Shown piece by piece: positions 1 to 7,054 of a stretch of DNA of 47,915 nucleotides. Both the position numbers and the translations under genes were made by a program. Numbering within the stretch: the first letter of the stretch is position 1; the number at the start of each line of letters is the position of its first letter. The stretch lies in the sequence record MW286156.1; one strand, 5' to 3'. The notes beneath the pieces were generated by a model. The model was not told the DNA's origin and searched no databases. It saw nothing but the letters and a program-made list of their open reading frames with translations. The stretch is from Escherichia phage vB_EcoS-BECP10.

Positions 1-99
1 ACGAATAGCACTTTTTGCTAAAGACAAATGGGGATGGCAAGGCTATAGTAAACTCATCAACAACGAGGAGATAGATATGAAGGTAAAAATAACAGCACT
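1..99. repeat. Terminal direct repeat: bases 1-99 are identical to 47817-47915 (window wraps around a circular or terminally redundant genome)
   Basis: Exact match of the first 99 nt to the last 99 nt, read directly from the sequence. Confidence 0.9.
4..76 (+). promoter_or_regulatory. Early promoter module 1: TAGCA-N5-TGCTA element (6-20), -10-like TATAGT, leader CTCATCAACAACGAGGAG
   Basis: AATAGCACTTTTTGCTAAAG followed about 22 nt later by TATAGT and a box-2 variant, then RBS GAGGAG and ATG at 77. Confidence 0.6.
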
Positions 100-271
100 A
101 AGTAAAACGGATGGTTTTGACGATGAAGAATACGAATTCTACGGCCTTGAGCCTGGTGGTGTTTACAATGTAGTGGCTGTATACGAAGAGCTTGAGTCAA
201 TGGTGATAAAGAACAAGCATGATAGAAACGTAATGGTATACAACTTCGAGGTAGAGCGGTATGAAGATTGA
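77..271 (+). CDS. Hypothetical early protein (64 aa)
   Basis: ORF track; strong RBS GAGGAG 7 nt upstream; first gene after module 1. Confidence 0.5.
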   Translation: MKVKITALSKTDGFDDEEYEFYGLEPGGVYNVVAVYEELESMVIKNKHDRNVMVYNFEVERYED

Positions 272-440
272 TAAAGACGATTTGCGCCACGAATGCGCAC
301 TGATTGGACTTAACGAAGTTTACACCAACCTTGTGCTGCGCGGAAAGCTGGACATTGATTTGGCTAAGCAATTCCAGTCAGAAGATGAATTTCTGTGCTG
401 CGATGGACTTGGCTGCGTCGAATGTTTACCATTTATTTGA
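261..440 (+). CDS. Hypothetical small Cys-rich protein (59 aa, CCDGLGCVEC)
   Basis: Hand-translated ORF overlapping stop of previous gene (ATG at 261); below the 60-aa track cutoff. Confidence 0.3.
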   Translation: MKIDKDDLRHECALIGLNEVYTNLVLRGKLDIDLAKQFQSEDEFLCCDGLGCVECLPFI

Positions 441-450
441 GGATTGAGAT

Positions 451-690
451 ATGAAAATTCGCTGCACAAACGTTATTAACAGTACAGACAAAAAGGTTTT
501 GACGCCATTTGTAAAAGGCTCTGTATACGAAGCTGAGCTGCTAATCATTAACTGCAAGACAATCCCGAACGAGTGGGTGATTAATGGCGCCGAGCGACCG
601 CACAAGCACGATTCTGGATGGATTGCTATCGCAGGTTGGAAGGTCGGAATGTTTATCCCTGGTGTCGCAACTTTTGATGAGGTGAGGTAA
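451..690 (+). CDS. Hypothetical early protein (79 aa)
   Basis: ORF track; RBS GAGGATTGAG upstream. Confidence 0.5.
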   Translation: MKIRCTNVINSTDKKVLTPFVKGSVYEAELLIINCKTIPNEWVINGAERPHKHDSGWIAIAGWKVGMFIPGVATFDEVR

Positions 691-843
691 ATGCTTAAAC
701 CATCTGATTTGAACTATTACGATCTAGAAACTATAGCAAAGTACAGCGGTAAGGGTTGGCCTGTTGGTGACTACTTCAAAGAAGATTTGATTGAGAGCTT
801 CAACATCGTCCAGAAGGCAATTGCAAAAGCAGCAAAGAAATAG
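691..843 (+). CDS. Hypothetical small protein (50 aa)
   Basis: Hand-translated; RBS GAGGTGAGG; ATG abuts previous stop; TAG stop lies inside the next IR element. Confidence 0.35.
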   Translation: MLKPSDLNYYDLETIAKYSGKGWPVGDYFKEDLIESFNIVQKAIAKAAKK

Positions 844-917
844 CACGAATTGCTAAAGCCCTTCGTGGCTTTTATTGTATATTCATCTCATCGAAACGAA
901 ACTAAGGAATCACGAAG
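839..917 (+). promoter_or_regulatory. Early promoter module 2: IR 841-855, hairpin AAGCCCTTCGTGGCTT, TGTATATT, CATCGAAACGAAA
   Basis: TAGCACGAATTGCTA, then 22 nt containing a GC hairpin, TATATT, conserved leader, RBS AAGGA. Confidence 0.65.
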
Positions 918-1220
918 ATGATTAACATGAACCTGTTTACAGCCGAAGACCATAACAACATGAATGAATTAGCTAACCTTTTCGAGACTGCTGGCATGGC
1001 AGAGATGTTCATGACTGAAAATGAGTTCAAGGATGGCATTAGCAACGCTATCGAAACAAATTTCGGTGATGCTCGCGTGACTGGTTCAATGTTCGCAAAC
1101 ATCGCTCGTAAATTCTTCCAGACGTACCGCGATTCACGCCACGCAAAGGGCACTTTTGGTGCCGCTAAAAGCGTAGGCGAAACAATCCGCGACTATATCG
1201 AACGTCATAACGCTAACTAA
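918..1220 (+). CDS. Hypothetical early protein (100 aa)
   Basis: ORF track; directly downstream of module 2. Confidence 0.5.
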   Translation: MINMNLFTAEDHNNMNELANLFETAGMAEMFMTENEFKDGISNAIETNFGDARVTGSMFANIARKFFQTYRDSRHAKGTFGAAKSVGETIRDYIERHNAN

Positions 1221-1245
1221 TAACAAACCAAAAAGGAAAATAGTA

Positions 1246-1599
1246 ATGGCTACCACTATCACTAAAAACTGGATCAGCTCAGATAACAATCTGTTTAAAG
1301 CTCGCGTTAAAGATGGTATTGAGCAAATCAAGATTCATGGTAAATGGCAAAATCTCACTGGCCGGGGTCGTTACGTCAAGACCAAGACTTTGCTTTGCAC
1401 TTTCGTGAACCACAAGTCACCACTCAAGAAGAGTTTCAGTAAGGGTAAGCGTTACCAGGTATCAATGACTGCATCACTTGGTCGTAACGCTGGGTATATT
1501 TATGATGAAGACGGCGAGGGCTGGCAGTTGACGCGTGATGAAGAAGTTGGCTTTGATGTGGGTTATGGGATGTATAAGTTTGAGGCGGCTTACAAATGA
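1246..1599 (+). CDS. Early protein, paralog family member 1 (117 aa)
   Basis: ORF track; RBS AAAGGAAAA; about 60 percent identical to 2415..2768 by eye (shared KTKTLLCT, GKRYQ, LGRNAGYIYD, GWQLTRD, GMYKFEA). Confidence 0.6.
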   Translation: MATTITKNWISSDNNLFKARVKDGIEQIKIHGKWQNLTGRGRYVKTKTLLCTFVNHKSPLKKSFSKGKRYQVSMTASLGRNAGYIYDEDGEGWQLTRDEEVGFDVGYGMYKFEAAYK

Positions 1600-1805
1600 T
1601 TGTTTCAGGTTATTCCATCGCTGTTTATTGCGACTGTAAGAAGTGCTCAACTGAGTCAAATTATGATGGTTCTTATTTTATGCCACACTATACGGACGCT
1701 GCGGGCGAGAACTTTTCTGATTGTGCAAGGCAACTTAAAGATGCTGGGTGGGTTTTGCATAAGAAGGATGGAAAATGCTATGCGCCAGGGCACTTAAAAA
1801 AATAG
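1596..1805 (+). CDS. Hypothetical Cys-rich small protein (69 aa)
   Basis: ORF track; ATGA overlap with previous gene; CDCKKC and other Cys residues. Confidence 0.45.
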   Translation: MIVSGYSIAVYCDCKKCSTESNYDGSYFMPHYTDAAGENFSDCARQLKDAGWVLHKKDGKCYAPGHLKK

Positions 1806-1883
1806 CACTTTTTGCTAATGACACTACCCGCTTCGGCGGGTATATTTGTTTCCATCAAGAAGACAAGCACTAAGGTGAACAAA
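1801..1883 (+). promoter_or_regulatory. Early promoter module 3: IR 1803-1817, hairpin CCCGCTTCGGCGGG, TATATT
   Basis: AATAGCACTTTTTGCTAATG, GC hairpin, TATATTTG, RBS TAAGGTG. Confidence 0.55.
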
Positions 1884-2000
1884 ATGAAAAACATCTCTAA
1901 AGCAGTTGATGCGGTAATGGAACAAGTAATTAAGTTTGGTTTCTTTGGCTTCATGGGCGCAATCGCTGTTGTAGTTGGCAAATGTCTGGTTGGTCTTTAA
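1884..2000 (+). CDS. Small hydrophobic protein (38 aa, predicted membrane helix)
   Basis: Internal ATG of track ORF 1812..2000 with RBS; FGFFGFMGAIAVVVG hydrophobic segment. Confidence 0.3.
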   Translation: MKNISKAVDAVMEQVIKFGFFGFMGAIAVVVGKCLVGL

Positions 2001-2080
2001 TGGCACTTTTTGCTAAAGACCTTAACAACAAAAATTGATATATTCTCTTCATCGAAACAAAACAACGAAAGGCAAAGAAA
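1999..2080 (+). promoter_or_regulatory. Early promoter module 4: variant IR TGGCAC-N5-TGCTA (2001-2015), TGATATATT, CTTCATCGAAAC
   Basis: TGGCACTTTTTGCTAAAG then extended -10-like TGATATATT and leader box. Confidence 0.55.
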
Positions 2081-2254
2081 ATGATTATTTTGACTCTGAT
2101 GGTTATCGCAGTATTCTTCCCTACGGTTGCCCTGATGGTTGTTGAAGTGATTGATGCTCGCGACACTAAAAAAACTTACGAAGCAATCAATGCTAACCGC
2201 CGCCCTTCCAAGTTCGAAGGTGCTAAATTCTCTACCAACTACAAGGCTCACTAA
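2081..2254 (+). CDS. Small membrane protein (57 aa)
   Basis: Hand-translated; RBS AAAGGCAAAG; N-terminal hydrophobic helix MIILTLMVIAVFFPTVALMVV. Confidence 0.35.
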   Translation: MIILTLMVIAVFFPTVALMVVEVIDARDTKKTYEAINANRRPSKFEGAKFSTNYKAH

Positions 2255-2418
2255 TGTTTGACAACTTTCATGACGCAATTGAGGAGGCTGCATTCAGGGC
2301 ATCACTTGATCGGAAGATTTACGGTTTAGTTCAGAAGGTTGATAAGATTGTGGTGCGTATCGTGCGCAAATCAGTACCAAACAAATTCATGTGGACAACG
2401 AAGAGATTAACAAAATGA
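2254..2418 (+). CDS. Hypothetical small protein (54 aa)
   Basis: Hand-translated; TAATG overlap upstream and ATGA overlap with next gene. Confidence 0.3.
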   Translation: MFDNFHDAIEEAAFRASLDRKIYGLVQKVDKIVVRIVRKSVPNKFMWTTKRLTK

Positions 2419-2768
2419 CTACTACACTGACTAAAAACTTCATTAGCAACAATAATGTACTCTACAAAGCTCGCGTTAAAGATGGTTTAGAGCAGATCAA
2501 GAAAAATGGAAAATGGATTAACCTTGAAGAGCGCGGCAAATACATTAAGACAAAGACACTACTTTGCACCAAGGTTGACCACAGCAATCCACTTAAGAAA
2601 TCATTCACTGAAGGTAAGCGTTATCAGATATCTATGCACGCTGGATTAGGTCGTAATGCTGGCTATATCTACGACAATGAAGGTGACGGCTGGCAGCTCA
2701 CTCGCGATGATGAAGTTGGCTATGATGTAGGCTTTGGGATGTATAAGTTTGAGGCCCAATACAAATGA
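2415..2768 (+). CDS. Early protein, paralog family member 2 (117 aa)
   Basis: Internal start of track ORF 2391..2768 matching the N-terminus of 1246..1599 (MTTTLTKNF vs MATTITKNW). Confidence 0.6.
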   Translation: MTTTLTKNFISNNNVLYKARVKDGLEQIKKNGKWINLEERGKYIKTKTLLCTKVDHSNPLKKSFTEGKRYQISMHAGLGRNAGYIYDNEGDGWQLTRDDEVGYDVGFGMYKFEAQYK

Positions 2769-2959
2769 ATGAGAATGTAAGAATCTACATAACAAGAGAT
2801 GCGATTTATTGCAAGTCTCTACAGTACGGAACTAAGTACAGATACTGCAAAGATAGAGGCCGCTTCTGTGTTATTGATTACATAAACCTTGATGGATTGC
2901 TTGAAACTTTTCTAGATACATTCCCAAGCGATAAGCTTTGGAACGGAGTTCCTTTTTAG
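2765..2959 (+). CDS. Hypothetical small protein (64 aa)
   Basis: ORF track; ATGA overlap with previous gene. Confidence 0.45.
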   Translation: MNENVRIYITRDAIYCKSLQYGTKYRYCKDRGRFCVIDYINLDGLLETFLDTFPSDKLWNGVPF

Positions 2960-2961
2960 TA

Positions 2962-3037
2962 AATAGCACTAATTGCTAAAGCCCTTCGGGGCTTTTCCTG
3001 TATATTCATCTCATCGAAACGAAATGGAGTTACTAAA
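2962..3037 (+). promoter_or_regulatory. Early promoter module 5: IR 2964-2978, hairpin AAGCCCTTCGGGGCTT, TGTATATT, CATCGAAACGAAA
   Basis: AAATAGCACTAATTGCTAAAG, hairpin, TATATT, conserved leader, RBS GGAG. Confidence 0.65.
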
Positions 3038-3259
3038 ATGATTAACTTTAAAGAAGCAGCAACAGAAATTATGGACTTCGAGCGAGAGCTAATATGGATG
3101 GGACATAATATGACCAATCTGGAAATTGCTAACCAGATTTGGCACTCTAAGATGAATCCACAGGATAGATTAGAAGTTATGAACATAGTGGGCGAAGTGA
3201 AAGGTAGTGCATTAATGAAGCTTCGCGCTTGTCATTCTTACATTGCCAAGCAACTTTAA
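3038..3259 (+). CDS. Hypothetical early protein (73 aa)
   Basis: ORF track; downstream of module 5. Confidence 0.45.
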   Translation: MINFKEAATEIMDFERELIWMGHNMTNLEIANQIWHSKMNPQDRLEVMNIVGEVKGSALMKLRACHSYIAKQL

Positions 3260-3272
3260 GGGGGTAGATAAT

Positions 3273-3464
3273 ATGACGCAGGAGCAGGTTGTACAACTAA
3301 TGGTACGCTATAACCAGATATTAGCATTACTTAAGGCTGAGCGTGTAGACCAATCTGACCGCGATGCTGTAAAGGCGTGCCTATCTGAGACTGTTCAACC
3401 AAAACATAACTATGACTGTTATATTTACTTTTACGGTAGGACAATACCGTTTGATTTGGAATAG
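3273..3464 (+). CDS. Hypothetical early protein (63 aa)
   Basis: Internal ATG of track ORF 3243..3464 preceded by RBS AAGGGGG. Confidence 0.4.
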   Translation: MTQEQVVQLMVRYNQILALLKAERVDQSDRDAVKACLSETVQPKHNYDCYIYFYGRTIPFDLE

Positions 3465-3505
3465 CGTTAGTTTGTATTTTCTTTGATTGATATATCAAAC
3501 TAGCA

Positions 3506-3586
3506 AATAGCACTTTTTGCTAAAACAAAATCGCAAGGATGCGGTATTATCTTTACATCGAAACGAAAAAGCGAAAGGTAAAAAAA
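3506..3586 (+). promoter_or_regulatory. Early promoter module 6: IR 3508-3522, hairpin CGCAAGGATGCG, TATTAT, CATCGAAACGAAA
   Basis: AATAGCACTTTTTGCTAAAAC, hairpin, TATTAT, leader, RBS AAAGG. Confidence 0.65.
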
Positions 3587-3838
3587 ATGAATACTTCAAA
3601 TAAAAACTTTATTACTTCATATAAAAAACTCCTTAAAGAACGCCTTGGTAAAAAAGACTTAGGGCATGACAAAATGGGATTTAAAGAAGGAAATCCTCAT
3701 CATGTTCTCGTGACTGGTTCAATATCCGGATCAACTAGCTACATTTACGACGAACATGGGAACGAGCGGCAGCTATACCTTAATGATGACTCTGGAACCT
3801 GCACCATTTGCGGAACATACGCATGGGAGGTTCAATAA
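3587..3838 (+). CDS. Early protein, divergent paralog family member 3 (83 aa)
   Basis: Internal start of track ORF 3539..3838; shares NKNFI...YIYDE.G motifs with the two 117-aa paralogs. Confidence 0.45.
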   Translation: MNTSNKNFITSYKKLLKERLGKKDLGHDKMGFKEGNPHHVLVTGSISGSTSYIYDEHGNERQLYLNDDSGTCTICGTYAWEVQ

Positions 3839-3844
3839 AAATTT

Positions 3845-3919
3845 AATAGCACAAATTGATAATGAATTATAAGCGGTCGTTGATATAATGGCCGCTCAGA
3901 AACAACACGGAGAGAAGTA
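3845..3919 (+). promoter_or_regulatory. Promoter module 7: degenerate IR TAGCAC-N5-TGATA (3847-3861), hairpin, TGATATAAT
   Basis: AATAGCACAAATTGATAATG, hairpin GCGGTCG..., extended -10-like TGATATAAT, RBS GGAGAG. Confidence 0.5.
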
Positions 3920-5503
3920 ATGTTTGATTTCAACGAAGATAAACTATCTGTCGAGCAGGTAATGTCTGTTGCAGCAGCCGAGAATTTACCACCTCTGCGA
4001 GTAGCAATTAATGCAAATGGCTATCGTCAGAGCGCATCATTCTGGAAAGCTCCTGTCGAGATTGATTCCACTGGAGACAAATATCCAGTCATCTCGCTCG
4101 GCAATGATTGTGATGTCGTTGGTAAGTTATCAAGCAATATCGCACGCTCTGTTCAGTTCCCGGAGTCATCTGCTTATATGCACTTCCTGGGATGTATTTC
4201 AGCCGCAATGCTTGGTCGATTCACAGTTGAGTATCATGGCACTCAGCAGCCTACTGCGCTGTACGTCGTAACCAGTCAGCCACCATCAACTGGTAAATCT
4301 GCTATTAACTCATTGTCAATCGCGCCAATGATTGCAGAAACTGAGCGACTGAATGAATTACGCAAGCGTGACCGTAAGAAGATTATGGCTAAGTTGTCAG
4401 CCCTGGCAAAAGAAATGAAGCAAGAGAAGTCACCATCTGAGATGGCTGGATTATTCGAAGAGAAAGAGGAGTTGGAAGAGAAGTTAGAAAAGCTGTGTGA
4501 CATTGTGTTCCCAGTATCCGACACCACTCCGGAAGGTCTTGCGCGAATTAACAGTCGTCAGGGTAACTTCTCCGTCATCTCGGATGAGGCAACAAGTGTG
4601 AACTCATTACTTGGCATGACATACGGTGATGGCTCGAAGAAAACGAACAGCGAGCTCGTTCTTAAGGCGTGGGATGCTGGTAACGTATCTATAGCGCGTG
4701 CGAATGCAGAGAATAACATGAGTTTTGTTGCCATGGGCTGTATTTCTGTAATTGCGCAGGATGAGACAATAGTTGCGATCATGAATGCCGGTGCTCGTGG
4801 TATTGGTGTCTCAGAACGTTTCTTGCTAGTACGTGAGAAATCACTCCTTGGTGAGCGTGTGTTCGTCGATGATGATGGCGAGTCAACATATGAACCAATT
4901 GACGGATCGTTGAAGGCTGATTACTTCCGTCTTGTTCATGAAATTATGAGTGAGCAAGATGTGAAGTTGACTATTAGTAACTCAGCAATGAAGCACCTTA
5001 ACCGTGCTCGACAGGAAATGGAGCCACACCTTGCAGATGGCGGTAAGTATTCACACACAATGCTGCGCGGCGCGTTAGGTAAAATGGATAAACAGGTAAT
5101 TCGCCTTGCTGCCGTTCTTCACACTATCCGTAACTGGTTTAACCCCAATGGCGGTAGTCCGCAGAAGTCCAGGGAGATTGAACTGGAAACCATGCAAGAG
5201 GCTTTGTTGATGTTTGGAGAACTTAGTAAGACTTACTTATCCTCAGCTAACGCAGCTGGTCATGCTGGCGATAACGCTGAGATGAACAAGTTAATTGATA
5301 TCCTTATCAAGCAAGGCAAGAACAGTAAAGGAGTTGTGGGTTTGCGTTCACTTTATGAAGCTGCGCGTAAGGTTCGACCTTTCGAGTCACAGGCTGGTGT
5401 TATGGCTAAAATTAAAGACCACTTACTCCCGATGCTTGATGATAAAAACTATACCTGCCTGATTGGTGACAAGGTATATATCAATCCACGGCTGCTGGGG
5501 TAA
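3920..5503 (+). CDS. P-loop ATPase of unknown function (527 aa); N- and C-terminal regions paralogous to 46081..46641
   Basis: ORF track; Walker A-like SQPPSTGKS and Walker B-like VISDEAT; N-terminus MFDFNEDKL...NLPPLRVAIN.NGYRQS and C-terminus shared with the 186-aa ORF. Confidence 0.6.
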   Translation: MFDFNEDKLSVEQVMSVAAAENLPPLRVAINANGYRQSASFWKAPVEIDSTGDKYPVISLGNDCDVVGKLSSNIARSVQFPESSAYMHFLGCISAAMLGRFTVEYHGTQQPTALYVVTSQPPSTGKSAINSLSIAPMIAETERLNELRKRDRKKIMAKLSALAKEMKQEKSPSEMAGLFEEKEELEEKLEKLCDIVFPVSDTTPEGLARINSRQGNFSVISDEATSVNSLLGMTYGDGSKKTNSELVLKAWDAGNVSIARANAENNMSFVAMGCISVIAQDETIVAIMNAGARGIGVSERFLLVREKSLLGERVFVDDDGESTYEPIDGSLKADYFRLVHEIMSEQDVKLTISNSAMKHLNRARQEMEPHLADGGKYSHTMLRGALGKMDKQVIRLAAVLHTIRNWFNPNGGSPQKSREIELETMQEALLMFGELSKTYLSSANAAGHAGDNAEMNKLIDILIKQGKNSKGVVGLRSLYEAARKVRPFESQAGVMAKIKDHLLPMLDDKNYTCLIGDKVYINPRLLG

Positions 5504-5507
5504 TTAA

Positions 5508-5843
5508 ATGTTCATCCTTGATGTGTTCAAGTTCTGCGAGAGCTACGAAAAGTTTAACAGGCAGCACCTGGCGGTATTCATTTACCGCCACAAAGAATGT
5601 GAAAGAATGGCTAAGGCAGCTGGAGTTAATGCGCGTTACTTTGCATCATCTGCGTCAAAGGAGTTTCTGGCAAGATGCATGACTGAAGGTTACATCGATG
5701 GAGTTAATGGCAGTTACTGGAGCAAAGGAAGCACGAAGCGACCATTCGGTTTTAGCTTTAGGTGCCTCGGAGGTGAGAGTGATAAGTACACCAATGAGAT
5801 GATGACCATAAAAGAAATGACAGACGACCAACTGTTCGCGTAA
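5508..5843 (+). CDS. Hypothetical protein (111 aa)
   Basis: ORF track; last gene of the plus-strand early arm. Confidence 0.45.
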   Translation: MFILDVFKFCESYEKFNRQHLAVFIYRHKECERMAKAAGVNARYFASSASKEFLARCMTEGYIDGVNGSYWSKGSTKRPFGFSFRCLGGESDKYTNEMMTIKEMTDDQLFA

Positions 5844-5845
5844 AA

Positions 5846-5872
5846 TAAAGGAGCCATTAGGCTCCTTTTTTG
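5846..5872. terminator. Bidirectional intrinsic terminator between convergent early and lysis transcription units
   Basis: Hairpin AAAGGAGCC-ATTA-GGCTCCTTT flanked by A and T runs. Confidence 0.6.
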
Positions 5873-6261
5873 TTTCCTGCGAATCTTAAAGCGAAGTAAG
5901 TTAGCAAACCTGAAACTAATCCAGCCAGAATACCCCAGACTAAAGAGTCAAAGCCAGAATTTTCAGTGCTATGAATTTCAATCTTTTCAGCTGTTATTGT
6001 GTTGGCTGATAGTCCTGTAGCGGCTGTCTTTTTCTGGCTTGATGAATCTACGTCTCTGTTAGTTGAGTTGCGCATGTCGCTTTCTGTTGAGCTAGATTTG
6101 TCTGTTTGATTTGACAATCCAACTCCTGTTTTCTGGTTGGACTCACCAACCTGCGCGGTTGCCTCTACGCCATCCTTTGCTGGTAAGAAATCAGAAATGG
6201 CTGACATAGCAGAGCACCCTGTCAGCAAGATAATTGCCAGAACTACAACTCCGAAACGCAT
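5857..6261 (-). CDS. Unimolecular spanin (outer-membrane lipoprotein with C-terminal TM helix, T1 gp11-like)
   Basis: Lipobox LLTGC after signal peptide; C-terminal hydrophobic helix LVWGILAGLVSGLLTYFAL; position 3' of the endolysin. Confidence 0.65.
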   Translation of the reverse strand: MRFGVVVLAIILLTGCSAMSAISDFLPAKDGVEATAQVGESNQKTGVGLSNQTDKSSSTESDMRNSTNRDVDSSSQKKTAATGLSANTITAEKIEIHSTENSGFDSLVWGILAGLVSGLLTYFALRFAGNKKGA

Positions 6262-6725
6262 AGCTTCACCTCCGCGTCACGTCTATTATCCAAACCCTTA
6301 GATACAACCTTTTTACCATTAATTGTAATCTTGTTAAATAGCCTTAAGGCATTGCAACCGCCATAGATATCTCCGGAATTAATCTTCCTCATTGCCGTTG
6401 ATTTGCGCATCGCATTAGTTCCCACGTTGAATGAGAAACTATACAAGGCAGCCCTGGTGCTAACTGGAACATCAACCTTTAACGCTTTATCAACAGCGGC
6501 ACGATGAATTGACAAGTGCTTCATAAGTAGTGCATCACACTCTCGCTGTGTGTAAACCTTGCCCAGAATAACGTCAGGACCAGTGATTCCTGCGCAAATA
6601 GTCCATACCCCAGCAACATCCTTGTAAGGCTTGTACTCAACGCCTTCATGCTCATTAAGGAACGGAACCGCCAGAGCCATGGCACCAGCCACAGCAGAAC
6701 CAATTACCTTATTTTTAATGCTCAT
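6243..6725 (-). CDS. SAR endolysin (T4-lysozyme-like muramidase with N-terminal signal-anchor-release domain)
   Basis: N-terminal weakly hydrophobic Gly/Ala-rich segment VIGSAVAGAMALAVPFL followed by an E-8aa-D-5aa-T catalytic triad (EHEG...D...T). Confidence 0.75.
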   Translation of the reverse strand: MSIKNKVIGSAVAGAMALAVPFLNEHEGVEYKPYKDVAGVWTICAGITGPDVILGKVYTQRECDALLMKHLSIHRAAVDKALKVDVPVSTRAALYSFSFNVGTNAMRKSTAMRKINSGDIYGGCNALRLFNKITINGKKVVSKGLDNRRDAEVKLCVSEL

Positions 6726-6940
6726 TATTTACTCCTGATTCTTATTGCCTCTCGAATATCCCCATCTTCAAGTGCTTTATGGAGCGCCTTACTGTCACGC
6801 CAGCGCAGCCATGCGCCAAAAATACCAAAGCATACGGCGATAACTAAGCCAATAATGCCGATGATTGTGTTGTCAGATAAACCGCCACCCATAGCTACTC
6901 CGCTACCGGACAAGGCGGCTGCGTCATAGAAATGCTTCAT
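6725..6940 (-). CDS. Holin, probably pinholin class (71 aa, two TM segments)
   Basis: Two hydrophobic segments, charged C-terminus, immediately upstream of the SAR endolysin; RBS AAAGAGG. Confidence 0.6.
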   Translation of the reverse strand: MKHFYDAAALSGSGVAMGGGLSDNTIIGIIGLVIAVCFGIFGAWLRWRDSKALHKALEDGDIREAIRIRSK

Positions 6941-7002
6941 GTTGCGGCCTCTTTAAGTTGATTTGATTAAATAATACCAGATATTAAACTTTGACATAAA
7001 AG

Positions 7003-7030
7003 AAAAAAGGCAGCCATAAAGGCCGCCTGT
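7003..7030 (-). terminator. Intrinsic terminator upstream of the lysis cassette
   Basis: Minus-strand hairpin GGCGGCC-TTTAT-GGCTGCC followed by T-run. Confidence 0.5.
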
Positions 7031-7054
7031 TTGCAAGTTGATGTTTCTTATAAG

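Noticed and set aside
57-371. 104-aa minus-strand ORF across the first early genes
   Set aside because: Antisense to plus-strand genes that have strong RBSs and promoter modules; it would run into control region B without a promoter or RBS
2001-2015. Reading the IR element as a sigma54 promoter (TGGCAC-N5-TTGCA)
   Set aside because: Only one copy has GG; the others have AG where sigma54 needs an invariant GG, the GG-to-GC spacing is 2 nt too short, and the element sits about 30 nt upstream of where a -24/-12 promoter would need to be relative to the conserved -10 and leader
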